A DNA stretch of 64,000 nt from Candidatus Kapaibacterium sp. (GCA_938031175.1 CALHGZ010000004.1:67635-131634); one strand, 5' to 3'; shown: positions 41,986 through 52,026, counted from the first letter of the stretch. Program-made: numbers and translations. Notes: generated by a model from the sequence alone, not told the origin.

Positions 41986-44601
41986 ATGCTGAATTACAAA
42001 TCGTTTGTTTATATTTTTCTGGGATTACTGATTAGTAATAGTATATTATTTTCACAAACTATAACTTTGATAAGCCCATCTAATAATGAAGATTGTGTGC
42101 CATTGGAGCTTACCTTCAAGTGGTCAACCACAGGTGCTGTGAGTTATCACTTAAGAGTATCAACAGATATTAATTTTAATTATATAGTTGTCAACGTCCC
42201 GAATTTAGTCCTTGATAGTTTTACCACCGTTTTACCTGCATTTGAGACTCAGTATTATTGGCGCGTAACAGCCAGATACACTGGTGGGGATTCTATAGTT
42301 TCATCAGTACAAGTATTCAGGACAATACCTGCTCCACCCCAACTAATTGAGCCTGAAAATGGTGAAATTTGCTTACCTTTGTTAGTTCGGTTCAATTGGA
42401 GTTTAGTAACCGGGACTGTTAATTATCATCTTCAGATTTCAACTGTCGAAAATTTTGCCACAACTGTTTATGATAATGATGCATTAGATACAAATTTTGT
42501 ATCAGTTCCTCTGAATATATATTATAACACTTTCTATTGGCGGGTTAGGTCAATCGGTATTCCTTGCACAACCGGGTGGTCAGCTGTTTATAGTTTAAAA
42601 ACTGTTCCACAACCACCACAATTAGTTTTTCCACAAAATAATGCTAAAGGAATATCTCTTAGCACACAATTAATATGGAGAAATGTAAGTGGTGCAGAAT
42701 CATATAAGCTACAAGTTGCAGATAATCCAAACTTCGAGAATCCGATTGTTGATTTGCAAAATTATACTGACACAACCTATTCAATAAATTTTCCCAATTA
42801 CAATAGAGTTTATTACTGGCGAGTTTCATCAAACTTTATTGATTGTACATCACCTTGGACATCAACTTATAGTTTTAGAACAGTTTACCCGGCTACAACA
42901 TTGAAATCACCTGTAGATGGGGCACAATGCGTATCTTTAAATCCCAGATTTGAATGGGAACAATTGCAGGGAGTTATTTCTTATAGATTGCAGGTTTCTC
43001 AATCACCCAATTTTGACACACTTGTTGTAATCGATGTTTTCCCTGTTTATGAAATTAGTTTGGATACAACACTCAATCTTGCTTTGACAGAATTGTATTG
43101 GCGAGTAAGGGCAGAGGATACTACCAATTTTGGTGTATGGTCTCAATCGTGGGTGTTTACATCAACTATTTTTTCGCCAACTTTACTGGTACCAACGAAT
43201 AACTCTACTGGCAACCCGATTACAGTAACCTTAAAATGGGAGGAGCTTTATTCAGGTGCAGTTTATAGTTTGAAACTTTCAAAAAATCCAGATATGAGTA
43301 ATCCAATATTGGATATAAACAATTATGGTGGTAATACTTACCAAATTACTTTACCCAACTATAATCAATTCTATTACTGGCAAGTTAGAGCTACATATAT
43401 AGGTTGCACAAGTGCCTGGTCTCCAATTTATGTATTCAAGACAATGATTGACAAACCTATTCTTCTTGCTCCAGATAGTGCATCAACAAAGCAACCAGTT
43501 AGCCCCTTATACGAATGGTTACCCGTTGTAGATGCTTTGACTTATGAAATTACTGTTGCCAAAGATCCGAATTTTGAACAAATCGTAAGCGGGCAAAAAG
43601 GCATTGTCAACACTAAAATATTATTAGTAGGTGAATTGGAGACGTTTACAAAATATTACTGGCGTGTAAGAGCTTCCAATCTTGAAGCTACAGGCGAATG
43701 GTCTGTTACCTGGTGGTTCGAAACTGGTGGTTATGGACCAGCAATACCTGAATTAGTTTCACCCAATGATAATCAGACAAAAGTACCTATTAATCCAATC
43801 CTCGAATGGAAACCTGCAGAAAGAGCAGAAACTTACATTATTCAAGTATCTAAAGATGAGTTTTTTACTCAGGATATCATATTTGAGGCTGAAACAAGTG
43901 ACACCACATTTAGCATTGAAGGGCTTGATAATTACATTTATTATTACTGGCGTGTAGCTGCTCGAAATGAAAATGGGCAAAGCCGATGGTCGCAGGTTCG
44001 TCGTTTTAGAACAATTGCTAAATTACCAGAGCAAGCACCTGTTCTAAAAACTCCTGCTGATAATGCTGAAAATTTAGATATTCGGTTTACCGCTGTTTGG
44101 TATAGAGTACCAGATGCTCAGGGGTATAGGATTCAATTGGCTGATGAACAAGATTTCAATGAAACATCAATTATTTTTGATAGCCGACCATTCGATACTA
44201 CCTTCCGCATTGATGGACTGAAATATGACAAACAATACTACTGGCGAGTTTTGGGATATAGCGAAGCTGGTGATGGACCTTGGTCCTTACCCTGGACTTT
44301 CAAAACACGATCTACAGTTTCTGTAAAAGAAATTGAAAGTGTAGCTGAGCAGATATTTATCCACCCCAATCCAGTTGCTCAAATTGCTATTCTACATTTT
44401 AACTTACTGATGGCAAGTGATGTTGCGATAAATATCTATGACCAGCTTGGAAGGATTGTACACAACGTTCAAACTAAAAATTTCAGCTCCGGCTGTAATT
44501 TCATTAAATTGGATATATCAAATTTAGCTAATGGTGTTCATTATTGCAACATAATCATTAACGGTAAAACAATTACTTTGCCATTTATAATTCAAAAGTG
44601 A
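41986..44601 (+). CDS. Secreted protein of eight fibronectin-III-like repeats with T9SS CTD
   Basis: Eight roughly 90-aa repeats (P.L..P.N...F.W...Y.LQ.S...F...YYWRV...WS....F.T); IHPNPV...LANGVHY CTD. Confidence 0.87.
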   Translation: MLNYKSFVYIFLGLLISNSILFSQTITLISPSNNEDCVPLELTFKWSTTGAVSYHLRVSTDINFNYIVVNVPNLVLDSFTTVLPAFETQYYWRVTARYTGGDSIVSSVQVFRTIPAPPQLIEPENGEICLPLLVRFNWSLVTGTVNYHLQISTVENFATTVYDNDALDTNFVSVPLNIYYNTFYWRVRSIGIPCTTGWSAVYSLKTVPQPPQLVFPQNNAKGISLSTQLIWRNVSGAESYKLQVADNPNFENPIVDLQNYTDTTYSINFPNYNRVYYWRVSSNFIDCTSPWTSTYSFRTVYPATTLKSPVDGAQCVSLNPRFEWEQLQGVISYRLQVSQSPNFDTLVVIDVFPVYEISLDTTLNLALTELYWRVRAEDTTNFGVWSQSWVFTSTIFSPTLLVPTNNSTGNPITVTLKWEELYSGAVYSLKLSKNPDMSNPILDINNYGGNTYQITLPNYNQFYYWQVRATYIGCTSAWSPIYVFKTMIDKPILLAPDSASTKQPVSPLYEWLPVVDALTYEITVAKDPNFEQIVSGQKGIVNTKILLVGELETFTKYYWRVRASNLEATGEWSVTWWFETGGYGPAIPELVSPNDNQTKVPINPILEWKPAERAETYIIQVSKDEFFTQDIIFEAETSDTTFSIEGLDNYIYYYWRVAARNENGQSRWSQVRRFRTIAKLPEQAPVLKTPADNAENLDIRFTAVWYRVPDAQGYRIQLADEQDFNETSIIFDSRPFDTTFRIDGLKYDKQYYWRVLGYSEAGDGPWSLPWTFKTRSTVSVKEIESVAEQIFIHPNPVAQIAILHFNLLMASDVAINIYDQLGRIVHNVQTKNFSSGCNFIKLDISNLANGVHYCNIIINGKTITLPFIIQK

Positions 44602-44613
44602 TAATAATCAATT

Positions 44614-44640
44614 AAACCTCCTCTTTTCGAGGAGGTTTTT
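44614..44640 (+). terminator. Intrinsic terminator after the FN3 gene
   Basis: Stem AAACCTCCTC/GAGGAGGTTT with T-run. Confidence 0.8.
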
Positions 44641-44680
44641 AGTTTAAATTAGGTATTTGTTTTAAATTACCCACGAAATA

Positions 44681-44857
44681 ATGGAAAATTTATCGAGTTT
44701 ATTGGATTTTCCACCATTAATAGGATTAATCATTTTCATTCTAATTATTACGATAATAATCTCAATAATTAAAAAACTTATTAAGTTAACGATTTTTATT
44801 GGCATTCTTATTATTTTGATAGTAATTATTGTTAAGTTAGTAGAAAGTATGAAATAA
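44681..44857 (+). CDS. Small 58-aa two-TM membrane protein (not in the ORF track)
   Basis: MENLSSLLDFPPLIGLIIFILIITIIISIIKKLIKLTIFIGILIILIVIIVKLVESMK*; fills the gap between the terminator and ugd. Confidence 0.6.
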   Translation: MENLSSLLDFPPLIGLIIFILIITIIISIIKKLIKLTIFIGILIILIVIIVKLVESMK

Positions 44858-44887
44858 AATTTGAACAAATCATTGGAGGTATTATTT

Positions 44888-46231
44888 ATGTCATATAAAA
44901 TTGGAATTATAGGAACTGGTTATGTCGGTTTGGTTACAGGTACTTGCTTTGCAGAGACCGGCAATAATGTTTGGTGCGTTGATATTGACAAAGAAAAAAT
45001 AGCGATACTAAAAAAAGGCAAACCCACAATATTTGAGCCCGGTTTGGAAAGGTTACTTAAAACAAATATTGAAGAGGGAAGGCTTTTTTTCACAACAAGT
45101 TTAGAAGAAGTAGTTTTAAATTGTACTTTATTTTTTTTGTGCCTACCAACTCCACCAAATGAAGATGGGTCAGCGGATTTAAAACAAGTTATTAAAGTTA
45201 CCGAGGATATAGCCAATTTGCTGAAAAAGAATGAAATATTTGAAAAACGTATAGTTGTGAATAAAAGTACTGTTCCAGTTGGTACAACTAACAAATTAAG
45301 AAATATTTTCCGCGAAATAGTTCCACAGGCTGAAGTCGAAGTGGCAAGTAATCCTGAATTTTTACGTGAAGGTTTTGCAGTAGAAGATGCAATGAAACCT
45401 GAACGTGTTGTTATAGGTACCTCAAGTGATTATGTTGAATTAATTCTGCGCGATTTATATCAACCTTTCGTAAGAAGTGGTAATCCAATTATTTGTATGG
45501 ATGAAAAAAGTGCTGAAGTTACAAAATATGCAGCTAATTCATTCTTAGCTACTAAAATATCATTTATGAATGATTTATCAAGATATTGTGAAATAATCGG
45601 AGCTGACATTGATAAAGTCCGCATAGGAATTGGTTCTGATAGTAGAATAGGTAAAAGGTTTTTGTTTGCCGGGATTGGTTATGGTGGGTCGTGCTTTCCT
45701 AAGGATGTCAAGGCTTTGATTCATTCTGCTGAACAAGTTGGTGTTGCTCTCTCAATTGTAAAAGCTGCTCAACACGTAAATGAATATCAAATAAAAAGAT
45801 TTATCAAACTTATTAAGAAAAGGTTTGATTATAAAATTAGTAATAAGAAATTCGCATTATGGGGTTTAGCTTTTAAACCAAATACAGATGATGTTCGCGA
45901 AGCTCCTTCATTCAGAATCATTGACAGTTTGCTTGAAGATGATGCAATTATTTCCTGTTACGATCAGGAAGCAATGGAAAATACTAGAAAACATTACGGC
46001 GATAAATTGCATTATGCGAAAAATCCTTACGAATGCCTTGAAAACGCTGATGCTTTAATAATTGCCACTGAGTGGAATGTTTTTAGAAATCCTGATTTCC
46101 AAAAAATAAAATCATTAATGAAAACGAAATTAATTTTTGATGGAAGAAATGTATATAATATCTCCGAAATAAAGAATTGGGGATTTGAATATTATTGTGT
46201 GGGAAGACCTGCTGTTATTCCTACGGAATAA
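44888..46231 (+). CDS. ugd: UDP-glucose 6-dehydrogenase
   Basis: GTGYVG, KSTVPVGT, NPEFLREG, GYGGSCFPKD, GLAFKPNTDDVRE; ATG at 44888 after GGAGG. Confidence 0.95.
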   Translation: MSYKIGIIGTGYVGLVTGTCFAETGNNVWCVDIDKEKIAILKKGKPTIFEPGLERLLKTNIEEGRLFFTTSLEEVVLNCTLFFLCLPTPPNEDGSADLKQVIKVTEDIANLLKKNEIFEKRIVVNKSTVPVGTTNKLRNIFREIVPQAEVEVASNPEFLREGFAVEDAMKPERVVIGTSSDYVELILRDLYQPFVRSGNPIICMDEKSAEVTKYAANSFLATKISFMNDLSRYCEIIGADIDKVRIGIGSDSRIGKRFLFAGIGYGGSCFPKDVKALIHSAEQVGVALSIVKAAQHVNEYQIKRFIKLIKKRFDYKISNKKFALWGLAFKPNTDDVREAPSFRIIDSLLEDDAIISCYDQEAMENTRKHYGDKLHYAKNPYECLENADALIIATEWNVFRNPDFQKIKSLMKTKLIFDGRNVYNISEIKNWGFEYYCVGRPAVIPTE

Positions 46232-46269
46232 CAGTATAATATATTGCTATTGCATATTATTAACCAATT

Positions 46270-46294
46270 ATTTTGGTCTATATTAGACCAAAAT
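46270..46294. promoter_or_regulatory. 11-bp inverted repeat (ugd terminator or operator upstream of fliL)
   Basis: ATTTTGGTCTA-TAT-TAGACCAAAAT followed by a T-rich tract. Confidence 0.5.
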
Positions 46295-46451
46295 TTAATT
46301 TTTTTTATTATAAGTTTGTAAATTAATTGAAAAATAAATATATTTTATCATTGGCACAGTTTTTAATATTTGATAAATTGTGTTATGAGATTAATCTATA
46401 TTGTAATCAGCCGATATATTTAATATACATATATCATATTATGAGTAAGAA

Positions 46452-46994
46452 ATGGCAAAAGAAGAAAGACAAAACGAACAAAAAACTAAAAGTGAAGAAA
46501 AATCCACTGGTATGAAATTACCGGTAATGATTGGTATCATATTAGGTATTTTAATTGTCAATGCGGCAATTATATATTTATTGTTCAATTTGCTTCTTGC
46601 ACCAAACATCGGCAATCAACAGAATCAGTCAACCAAAACCGAAAAACATGACAGTGAAAATAGTGTAAATGAAGATGAATTCGATAACACAGAAAAACCT
46701 ATTTTTATTGAAACAGGAAGAATTACAACAAATCCTAAGTTTTCAGACAAGTTTGTTGTTGTTAATTTAGGATTGGAATTTAATTCAAAAGAGCACACAC
46801 AAGAACTTGCACCGGCATTACTTGCCAAGATAAGAGGAGTAGTAAATAGTACTTTTGCAAATATGACAGTTGACGAAATACATAATCAAAGGGATAGCTT
46901 AAATATAATATTCCTCAATAATTTGAAATCTGTATTCAGAAAAGAAAAAAAATTATTGAGAGAAGTAATTATACAAGAATTTATCATACAATAA
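46452..46994 (+). CDS. fliL: Flagellar basal body protein FliL
   Basis: Single N-terminal TM; ITTNP...FVVVNLGLE; C-terminal EVIIQEFIIQ; directly upstream of fliM. Confidence 0.85.
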   Translation: MAKEERQNEQKTKSEEKSTGMKLPVMIGIILGILIVNAAIIYLLFNLLLAPNIGNQQNQSTKTEKHDSENSVNEDEFDNTEKPIFIETGRITTNPKFSDKFVVVNLGLEFNSKEHTQELAPALLAKIRGVVNSTFANMTVDEIHNQRDSLNIIFLNNLKSVFRKEKKLLREVIIQEFIIQ

Positions 46995-47012
46995 TTAGGA
47001 TGTTGAAAAGCT

Positions 47013-48044
47013 ATGTCGGATGTTTTATCACAGACCGAAATAGATGCCCTGCTCAATGAAATGACTTCGGGCAGGATTGATGTTGACGAAATCCTTGATG
47101 GTAAATTAGCCAAAGGAGATATTTCCAATTATGATTTCAGAAGGCCAAATAGAATTTCTAAAAACCAAATTAGAACCCTGCAAACAATTCACGAAAGTTT
47201 TGCAGAAATATTCAGTTATTATTTAGTATCAAAATTGCAAACAGTTGTTTCAATTACAGTAACATCTGTTGATCAGCTATTTTATTCAGAATTTATTCTA
47301 TCGGTTTCCAATCCGAGTTGCCTTTATGTGTTTGATATAGAAGGTACAGACGGCAGTGGAATTATGGAAGTCAGTCCCCAGCTTGCCTTAACAATAATCG
47401 AGAGATTATTAGGAGGTACGGGAGAAAATCCACCTAAGCCAAGAACTATAACACCAATCGAGCAGGCAGTGATTAGAAATGTAATCGAACATGCACTTTC
47501 GGATCTAAGAAATGCATGGCGTTCAATTGCCGATTTAAAATTTGTTTTTTCCAGACTTGAAACAGAAGCTGATTTTGTCCAAATATCACCAGCCTCTGAA
47601 ATTGTTGCGGTTGTCTCCTTTGATGTAAATGTTGGTGTTCATACATTTTTGATGAATTTATGCTTTCCTACATTTGCTCTGGAAGAAGTCTTAGCGAGGT
47701 TAAATCGACAGCAAGTAACAACAACATCATTGAAACAAACCCCCGAGCGAATAAAGGAAAATATTGAAATATTAAAACAACAAATGTCAAACACGTATTT
47801 GCCAATTATTGCGGAATTGGGAAAGGCTTCAATTACAGTCGGGGAACTTCTGGAATTAAAACCGGGTGATGTTATAAAAATAAACAAGAGAATTAACGAA
47901 GAAATTGAAATTTTAATTGCTGGTAAGAGGAAACTGGCAGCAAGGCCCGGTACGGTTGATGGGAAAAAAGCTATAAAAATCACTCGTCAACTTACAGAAG
48001 AAGATAATATTCAAGATGAAATAGTTTATAAATTGGAGTATTAA
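47013..48044 (+). CDS. fliM: Flagellar motor switch protein FliM
   Basis: [11 protein letters not shown] CheY-binding motif, [12 protein letters not shown]-terminal SpoA domain. Confidence 0.96.
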   Translation: MSDVLSQTEIDALLNEMTSGRIDVDEILDGKLAKGDISNYDFRRPNRISKNQIRTLQTIHESFAEIFSYYLVSKLQTVVSITVTSVDQLFYSEFILSVSNPSCLYVFDIEGTDGSGIMEVSPQLALTIIERLLGGTGENPPKPRTITPIEQAVIRNVIEHALSDLRNAWRSIADLKFVFSRLETEADFVQISPASEIVAVVSFDVNVGVHTFLMNLCFPTFALEEVLARLNRQQVTTTSLKQTPERIKENIEILKQQMSNTYLPIIAELGKASITVGELLELKPGDVIKINKRINEEIEILIAGKRKLAARPGTVDGKKAIKITRQLTEEDNIQDEIVYKLEY

Positions 48045-48045
48045 T

Positions 48046-48453
48046 ATGCCAGAAATTGAAGATAATATTGACACTACGGAAAATAAAAAAGCCGAAGTAA
48101 GCTCGGCTAAATTTCAGATAGACGAGCCTAAATTTGAGGAAATAGAAACTACTCGAGATGAAACTGATTTAGGCGAAATTGACCCTAAACTAGAGTTGTT
48201 ATATGATTTGCAATTACCTGTTACAATTGAATTAGGCAGAACTAATATGCTAATCCGAAATATTTTAAAACTCGGAAGAGGTTCTGTCATCGAATTTGAT
48301 AAGCTTGTCAGTGAACCTGTTGATGTATTGGTAAATGGTCGAAAAGTTGCTGAGGGAGAAGTTGTTGTAATTGATAAGCATTTTGGTATCCGAATTACAA
48401 CATTAGTTGATCCCTCTGACAGAATAAAATCTATTAGACGAAAATCATTGTAG
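48046..48453 (+). CDS. fliN: Flagellar motor switch protein FliN
   Basis: [45 protein letters not shown]. Confidence 0.95.
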   Translation: MPEIEDNIDTTENKKAEVSSAKFQIDEPKFEEIETTRDETDLGEIDPKLELLYDLQLPVTIELGRTNMLIRNILKLGRGSVIEFDKLVSEPVDVLVNGRKVAEGEVVVIDKHFGIRITTLVDPSDRIKSIRRKSL

Positions 48454-48461
48454 GTTAAAAT

Positions 48462-48860
48462 ATGAATCAAAGTATTGACCTAAATAATTATCTAACATTT
48501 ATAGCTATAAGTGGATTAATTATTTTTATGCTTTTACTAATTAGAAAAATATTATTGAAGAAAAAACTTAATCATAATAATGGAATTGAATTAAAAATTA
48601 TAAACCGACTTAACCTACATTCCAAAGCAAATCTATTTTTAGTCAATGTATGCGGCAAAACTTTATTGATTGGGGTTTCAGATAACCATATATCAACTTT
48701 AGCAGATTTAACTGACACATCAGTCTCACTAAAAAATATTAAAGCCAAAAATTCACTAAATCACACAGGAAATTCAAGCCAGGAAAACGAAAAGAAACCA
48801 GATCCATTATCATTCAAAAATTTTATATTATCCGAATTGAAGCGGGAAAAGAAAAATTAG
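48462..48860 (+). CDS. fliO: Flagellar biosynthesis protein FliO
   Basis: N-terminal TM, then LKIINRLNL..K..LFLVNV.GKTLLIGVS..HIS; follows fliN. Confidence 0.8.
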   Translation: MNQSIDLNNYLTFIAISGLIIFMLLLIRKILLKKKLNHNNGIELKIINRLNLHSKANLFLVNVCGKTLLIGVSDNHISTLADLTDTSVSLKNIKAKNSLNHTGNSSQENEKKPDPLSFKNFILSELKREKKN

Positions 48861-48871
48861 TTTTCCATTAT

Positions 48872-49471
48872 TTATTCTGTACTTAGAATTTTTTTTATTA
48901 TTCCCCTGATCTGGCGTGTGCCTTCGTCAGTTTTGGATGAATGAGGAATTATTTCAATAATTTTCTTGCAATATTTGGTTAATTCAGAAATTTGCTCTAA
49001 TCTTTGGTATAATAAATTTCCAGTGATTTTATCAGTTTTTGTCAAAACGATCGCGTAGTTTTTATTACTATTTTCAAAAAGCTCGATTAAACTCAAGTCA
49101 ATTTCTGTCGGGTCGTGTCTTGAATCAATCAAACTAAATATTAGTTTCAAATTTTCTCTGTTCTGTAGATAATACAAGTTTAATTTAGTCCAATGTGTTC
49201 TGTCTTTTTTGCTTACCGATGCATATCCAAAACCAGGCAAATCTACAAGTACAAATTTACTGTCAATTAGATAAAAGTTTAAAAGTCTTGTTTTCCCCGG
49301 TGTGGAACTTGTCCTTGCAAGATTTGGAATACGGACTAATTTATTGAGTAATGTTGATTTACCTACATTAGAACGACCAGCAAATGCGATTTCTGGCATA
49401 TTTATATTTGGTATCTGATTTATTTCAATTGCTGAACTTATTAATTTGGCATTTATCTGTTTCATAGGCAT
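48872..49471 (-). CDS. engB: Ribosome biogenesis GTPase EngB/YihA/YsxC
   Basis: EIAFAGRSNVGKSTL, SSTPGKTR, DLPGFGYA, TKTDK; likely start at 49471 or 49465. Confidence 0.95.
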   Translation of the reverse strand: MPMKQINAKLISSAIEINQIPNINMPEIAFAGRSNVGKSTLLNKLVRIPNLARTSSTPGKTRLLNFYLIDSKFVLVDLPGFGYASVSKKDRTHWTKLNLYYLQNRENLKLIFSLIDSRHDPTEIDLSLIELFENSNKNYAIVLTKTDKITGNLLYQRLEQISELTKYCKKIIEIIPHSSKTDEGTRQIRGIIKKILSTE

Positions 49472-49532
49472 AAATTTTCTTAAATAGACTATATCTAATG
49501 GTTTATATTTCAAATTTAATTGAATTTTGTTT

Positions 49533-49548
49533 TGGCATAATTTATGCT
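49533..49548 (+). promoter_or_regulatory. Candidate sigma-54 (-24/-12) promoter
   Basis: TGGCATAATTTATGCT = GG-N10-GC with TGGCA -24 box, about 60 nt upstream of the umuD-like ATG. Confidence 0.6.
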
Positions 49549-49608
49549 TTTAGTGAAAAATTAATCGGACAATGAATAGAGAATATGATTTAATCATGAA
49601 AGGAAATT

Positions 49609-50028
49609 ATGAGAGACGAATTGCAACCGGTACAACTTGAGGAGCTTTTAAATAAAAATAGAAATAAAACAGATGTATATGCTCAATCAGTAAATAAAAT
49701 CAGCGAAAAATATAAATTGATTGATTTAAATAAGGAGTTCATAGGCTCGCCTAAGCATTCCTTCCTTATACGTACAACAGGTGATTCTATGATTGGATGT
49801 GGAATTAATACAAATGATTTACTTATAGTGGATAGAACTGTAAAGCCCGAGAATGGTATGATTGTCGTTGCTGAAATCGATAATAAAATTACCGTTAAAA
49901 AATATTATGCAATTGGAAAAACAGTTATTTTAAAATCTGCCAACAGTAATTATTCAGATATTAAGCTGGAATTAACAGAAAAATTTAGGATATGGGGCGT
50001 GGTAACTTCTGTAATTAAAACACTTTAA
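49609..50028 (+). CDS. umuD: UmuD-like S24 peptidase
   Basis: IDLNKEFI.SP..SFLIRTTGDSM, DLLIVDR, ITVKK, IWGVVT; Ser-Lys dyad intact; no HTH; A/C-G-F-P-S-P cleavage motif absent. Confidence 0.78.
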   Translation: MRDELQPVQLEELLNKNRNKTDVYAQSVNKISEKYKLIDLNKEFIGSPKHSFLIRTTGDSMIGCGINTNDLLIVDRTVKPENGMIVVAEIDNKITVKKYYAIGKTVILKSANSNYSDIKLELTEKFRIWGVVTSVIKTL

Positions 50029-50120
50029 TACTACAAATACAAAAAACCTATGAACTTCATTAATACGTTCATACTATAAATATTTTACTAGCGTCTTGAT
50101 AATGAAAACTACATCATAAA

Positions 50121-51014
50121 ATGAAAGATTACAATAAATATCTACGTCCGGAAATAATAGCCAAGCTAAAAAACATTGAACTTAAAGCTCGTTTAGTAGT
50201 AGAAGGTTTCTTGACAGGTTTGCACCGCTCACCCTATCATGGTTTCAGTGTCGAATTTGCTGAGCATCGGCAGTATAGACCCGGTGATGAGCTTAGGTAT
50301 ATTGATTGGAAAGTTTTTGGACGAACAGACCGTTATTATGTTAAAGAATTCGAAGAAGAGACTAATTTACGTGCCGTCATTGCAGTTGATTCAAGTGCAT
50401 CGATGAAATATTCATCTAAAGGGCACCTATCTAAATTTGAATATACAATTTATTTAGCTGGAGCCTTAGCTTATCTTATGATAAAGCAAAGAGATGCAAC
50501 AGGTTTGGCATTATACGATACAGGTATCAGAGCATATTTACCTCCTCGTTCAAAATTATCATATATAAGTGAAATATTAAAAGTGCTTGATAGCACTCAA
50601 CCAGCCAATTTAACTGGTACTGCCAAAGCACTTGATTTACTAGCCGAAAGAATTAGCAGAAGAGGGCTTGTAATTATTATCAGCGATTTTTTTGATGATT
50701 ATGATTCAGTTATAAATGCTTTAAAGCACTTCAGACACAGGAAACACGAAGTTTTAGCATTTCAAATTTTAGATCCAAGAGAAATTGATTTTAAATTTGG
50801 CGAATCTGCGAATTTCAAAGATGTTGAAACTGGTGAAGAATTAATAACTCAACCTTATCAGATTCAGAAAACATATAGCCAAGCGGTGAAAAATTTTATT
50901 GATGATATACGTAAGGAGTGCTATGAGCATCAGATTGATTATCACTTGATTGATACGTCTACCCCGTTTGACAAGGCTTTGAGGGATTATCTAACTAAAA
51001 GGCGACATCTTTGA
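50121..51014 (+). CDS. DUF58 (vWA-like, MoxR-associated) protein
   Basis: GLHRSPYHGFSVEFAEHRQYRPGDELRYIDWKV, VKEFEEETN, DSSASM, IISDF. Confidence 0.92.
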   Translation: MKDYNKYLRPEIIAKLKNIELKARLVVEGFLTGLHRSPYHGFSVEFAEHRQYRPGDELRYIDWKVFGRTDRYYVKEFEEETNLRAVIAVDSSASMKYSSKGHLSKFEYTIYLAGALAYLMIKQRDATGLALYDTGIRAYLPPRSKLSYISEILKVLDSTQPANLTGTAKALDLLAERISRRGLVIIISDFFDDYDSVINALKHFRHRKHEVLAFQILDPREIDFKFGESANFKDVETGEELITQPYQIQKTYSQAVKNFIDDIRKECYEHQIDYHLIDTSTPFDKALRDYLTKRRHL

Positions 51015-51015
51015 A

Positions 51016-52026
51016 TTATTTTTTTGCAATTATAAGATTGGTATTAAACTTTGTTGGGTAGTTTTTAATATTTTTGAACCAGGCTTCTTTGAGTATGACC
51101 CAAACATCTGTTTCTGTATAGACGTCCCCTGATGGTGTATTTATAAGCATATTCAATGAAAAAAGAGCAGTGTAAAGAGGTTTGGTTCTATCATCACTAA
51201 TAATATAGTCGTGAATAATGATTTGACCGCCTGGTTTTAAAGCGAGGTAAATTTTCTTTGCGAGTTCAATATTTTCCCAAATTGAATTACTATGGATGAT
51301 TGAAGATAAAAATACAATATCATAATCACTGCCGAAATTGTCTACAAAATAATCGCCCTCAATTAAATGAATTTTATCCATAAATCCATTTTCATAAAGA
51401 TAATTTTGAGTTAGTTTAATTACCTTGGGTAGGTCAAAGATATATACTTCCATATCTGGTTTAGCTCTAACAAATTCCATAGCATATGCACCAGAGCCAC
51501 CACCTAGATCAAGTAATTTTTTGGCATTTGGAAGATAAACCATATTGACAATTTCGCGAGCTTGATGAGTTGCCCGCCAGTGCATTGCTGCAATGAAATC
51601 GTTGAGTTTTTCTCCTTCGATATCATCGGTAATACGATAATACATAGATGTGCCTTTTTTTACTGATTCTGTCAATTTCGACCACCGGTCATATAGATTA
51701 CTATAATGAGCCATACTTGCAATGTAATCGGGACTTTCCTTGACGAGATATTGTCGAGTAACACTAGTGTTTGAATAGTATATTCCCTCTTTATTTAGTA
51801 AGCCAAGAGCAGTTAGAGCATTCATCAATCGGGCAATAGCATTGGGGTTGGAGCCAGCTTCATTTGCTACTTCTTCAGCGGTTTTTTCATAATCGCCTAA
51901 TATTGAAAATATGTCAAGTTCGCAAGCAGTTAGTAAGGTTTTACTTTTTTCAAAAGACCAGGCAAGCTCAAGCAATGAATTAACATTAGTTATATGTTCC
52001 ATCTGTTTCTTTAATTGGATTTTCAT
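51016..52026 (-). CDS. Class I SAM-dependent O-methyltransferase with dimerisation domain
   Basis: TACELDIF dimerisation/HTH domain; LLDLGGGSG, FDLP, EGDYF, LKPGG. Confidence 0.88.
   Translation of the reverse strand: MKIQLKKQMEHITNVNSLLELAWSFEKSKTLLTACELDIFSILGDYEKTAEEVANEAGSNPNAIARLMNALTALGLLNKEGIYYSNTSVTRQYLVKESPDYIASMAHYSNLYDRWSKLTESVKKGTSMYYRITDDIEGEKLNDFIAAMHWRATHQAREIVNMVYLPNAKKLLDLGGGSGAYAMEFVRAKPDMEVYIFDLPKVIKLTQNYLYENGFMDKIHLIEGDYFVDNFGSDYDIVFLSSIIHSNSIWENIELAKKIYLALKPGGQIIIHDYIISDDRTKPLYTALFSLNMLINTPSGDVYTETDVWVILKEAWFKNIKNYPTKFNTNLIIAKK

Noticed and set aside
44662-44868. 68-aa minus-strand ORF
   Set aside because: It is the antisense shadow of the more plausible 58-aa plus-strand membrane ORF
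46352-46367. Sigma-54 promoter for fliL
   Set aside because: The -24 TGGCAC box is good but the -12 GC is absent, so it is not called as a feature
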